Shown: positions 63,984 through 64,000 of the stretch, one piece after another
Position numbering within the stretch: position 1 is the first letter of the stretch
Layout of the letters: each line of letters starts with the position of its first letter
Assembly (NCBI GenBank): GCA_013265495.1
Contig: MU058423.1
Coordinates: 2,619,061 to 2,683,060 of the forward strand
Source of the DNA: Vicugna vicugna
Lineage: Eukaryota
Direction: 5' to 3'
Length of the DNA: 64,000 nucleotides
Program-made: the position numbers and the translations under genes
The notes under the pieces: generated by a model
Databases searched by the model: none
What the model saw: only the letters and a program-made list of their open reading frames with translations
Told to the model about the DNA's origin: nothing

Positions 63984-64000
63984 AAGTCGTTATGTATCTT

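Overview
Mammalian genomic DNA, probably from a camelid (inferred from two tRNA-derived SINEs resembling the camelid Vic-1 type). Two protein-coding genes lie in tandem on the minus strand. GNAI3 (G-protein alpha-i3) is complete: 8 coding exons, 1065 nt = 354 aa + stop, all introns GT-AG, plus a 3'-UTR intron, a long 3' UTR and a CpG-island promoter at ~36.4-37.0 kb. GPR61 (orphan class A GPCR) has a single-exon CDS of 451 aa at 41107-42462. The rest is intron and intergenic DNA with L1, L2, MIR, MaLR/ERVL LTR and Tigger/hAT remnants. Almost all other ORFs in the track are spurious. I found no evidence of a wholly new gene system. The most interesting unexplained signals are: (1) a multi-uORF GPR61 leader, including a 122-aa overlapping out-of-frame ORF in a stronger Kozak context than the main ATG; (2) a perfect 41-bp palindrome at 55292-55332; (3) an ~85-bp direct duplication bracketing a MaLR LTR; (4) a CTCF core motif between GPR61 and the GNAI3 promoter, near a base-composition step; (5) a possible MIR-derived splice acceptor for GPR61; (6) clustered non-conservative substitutions in the GPR61 extracellular loops. 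Repeat family names and boundaries come from remembered consensus sequences and are approximate.
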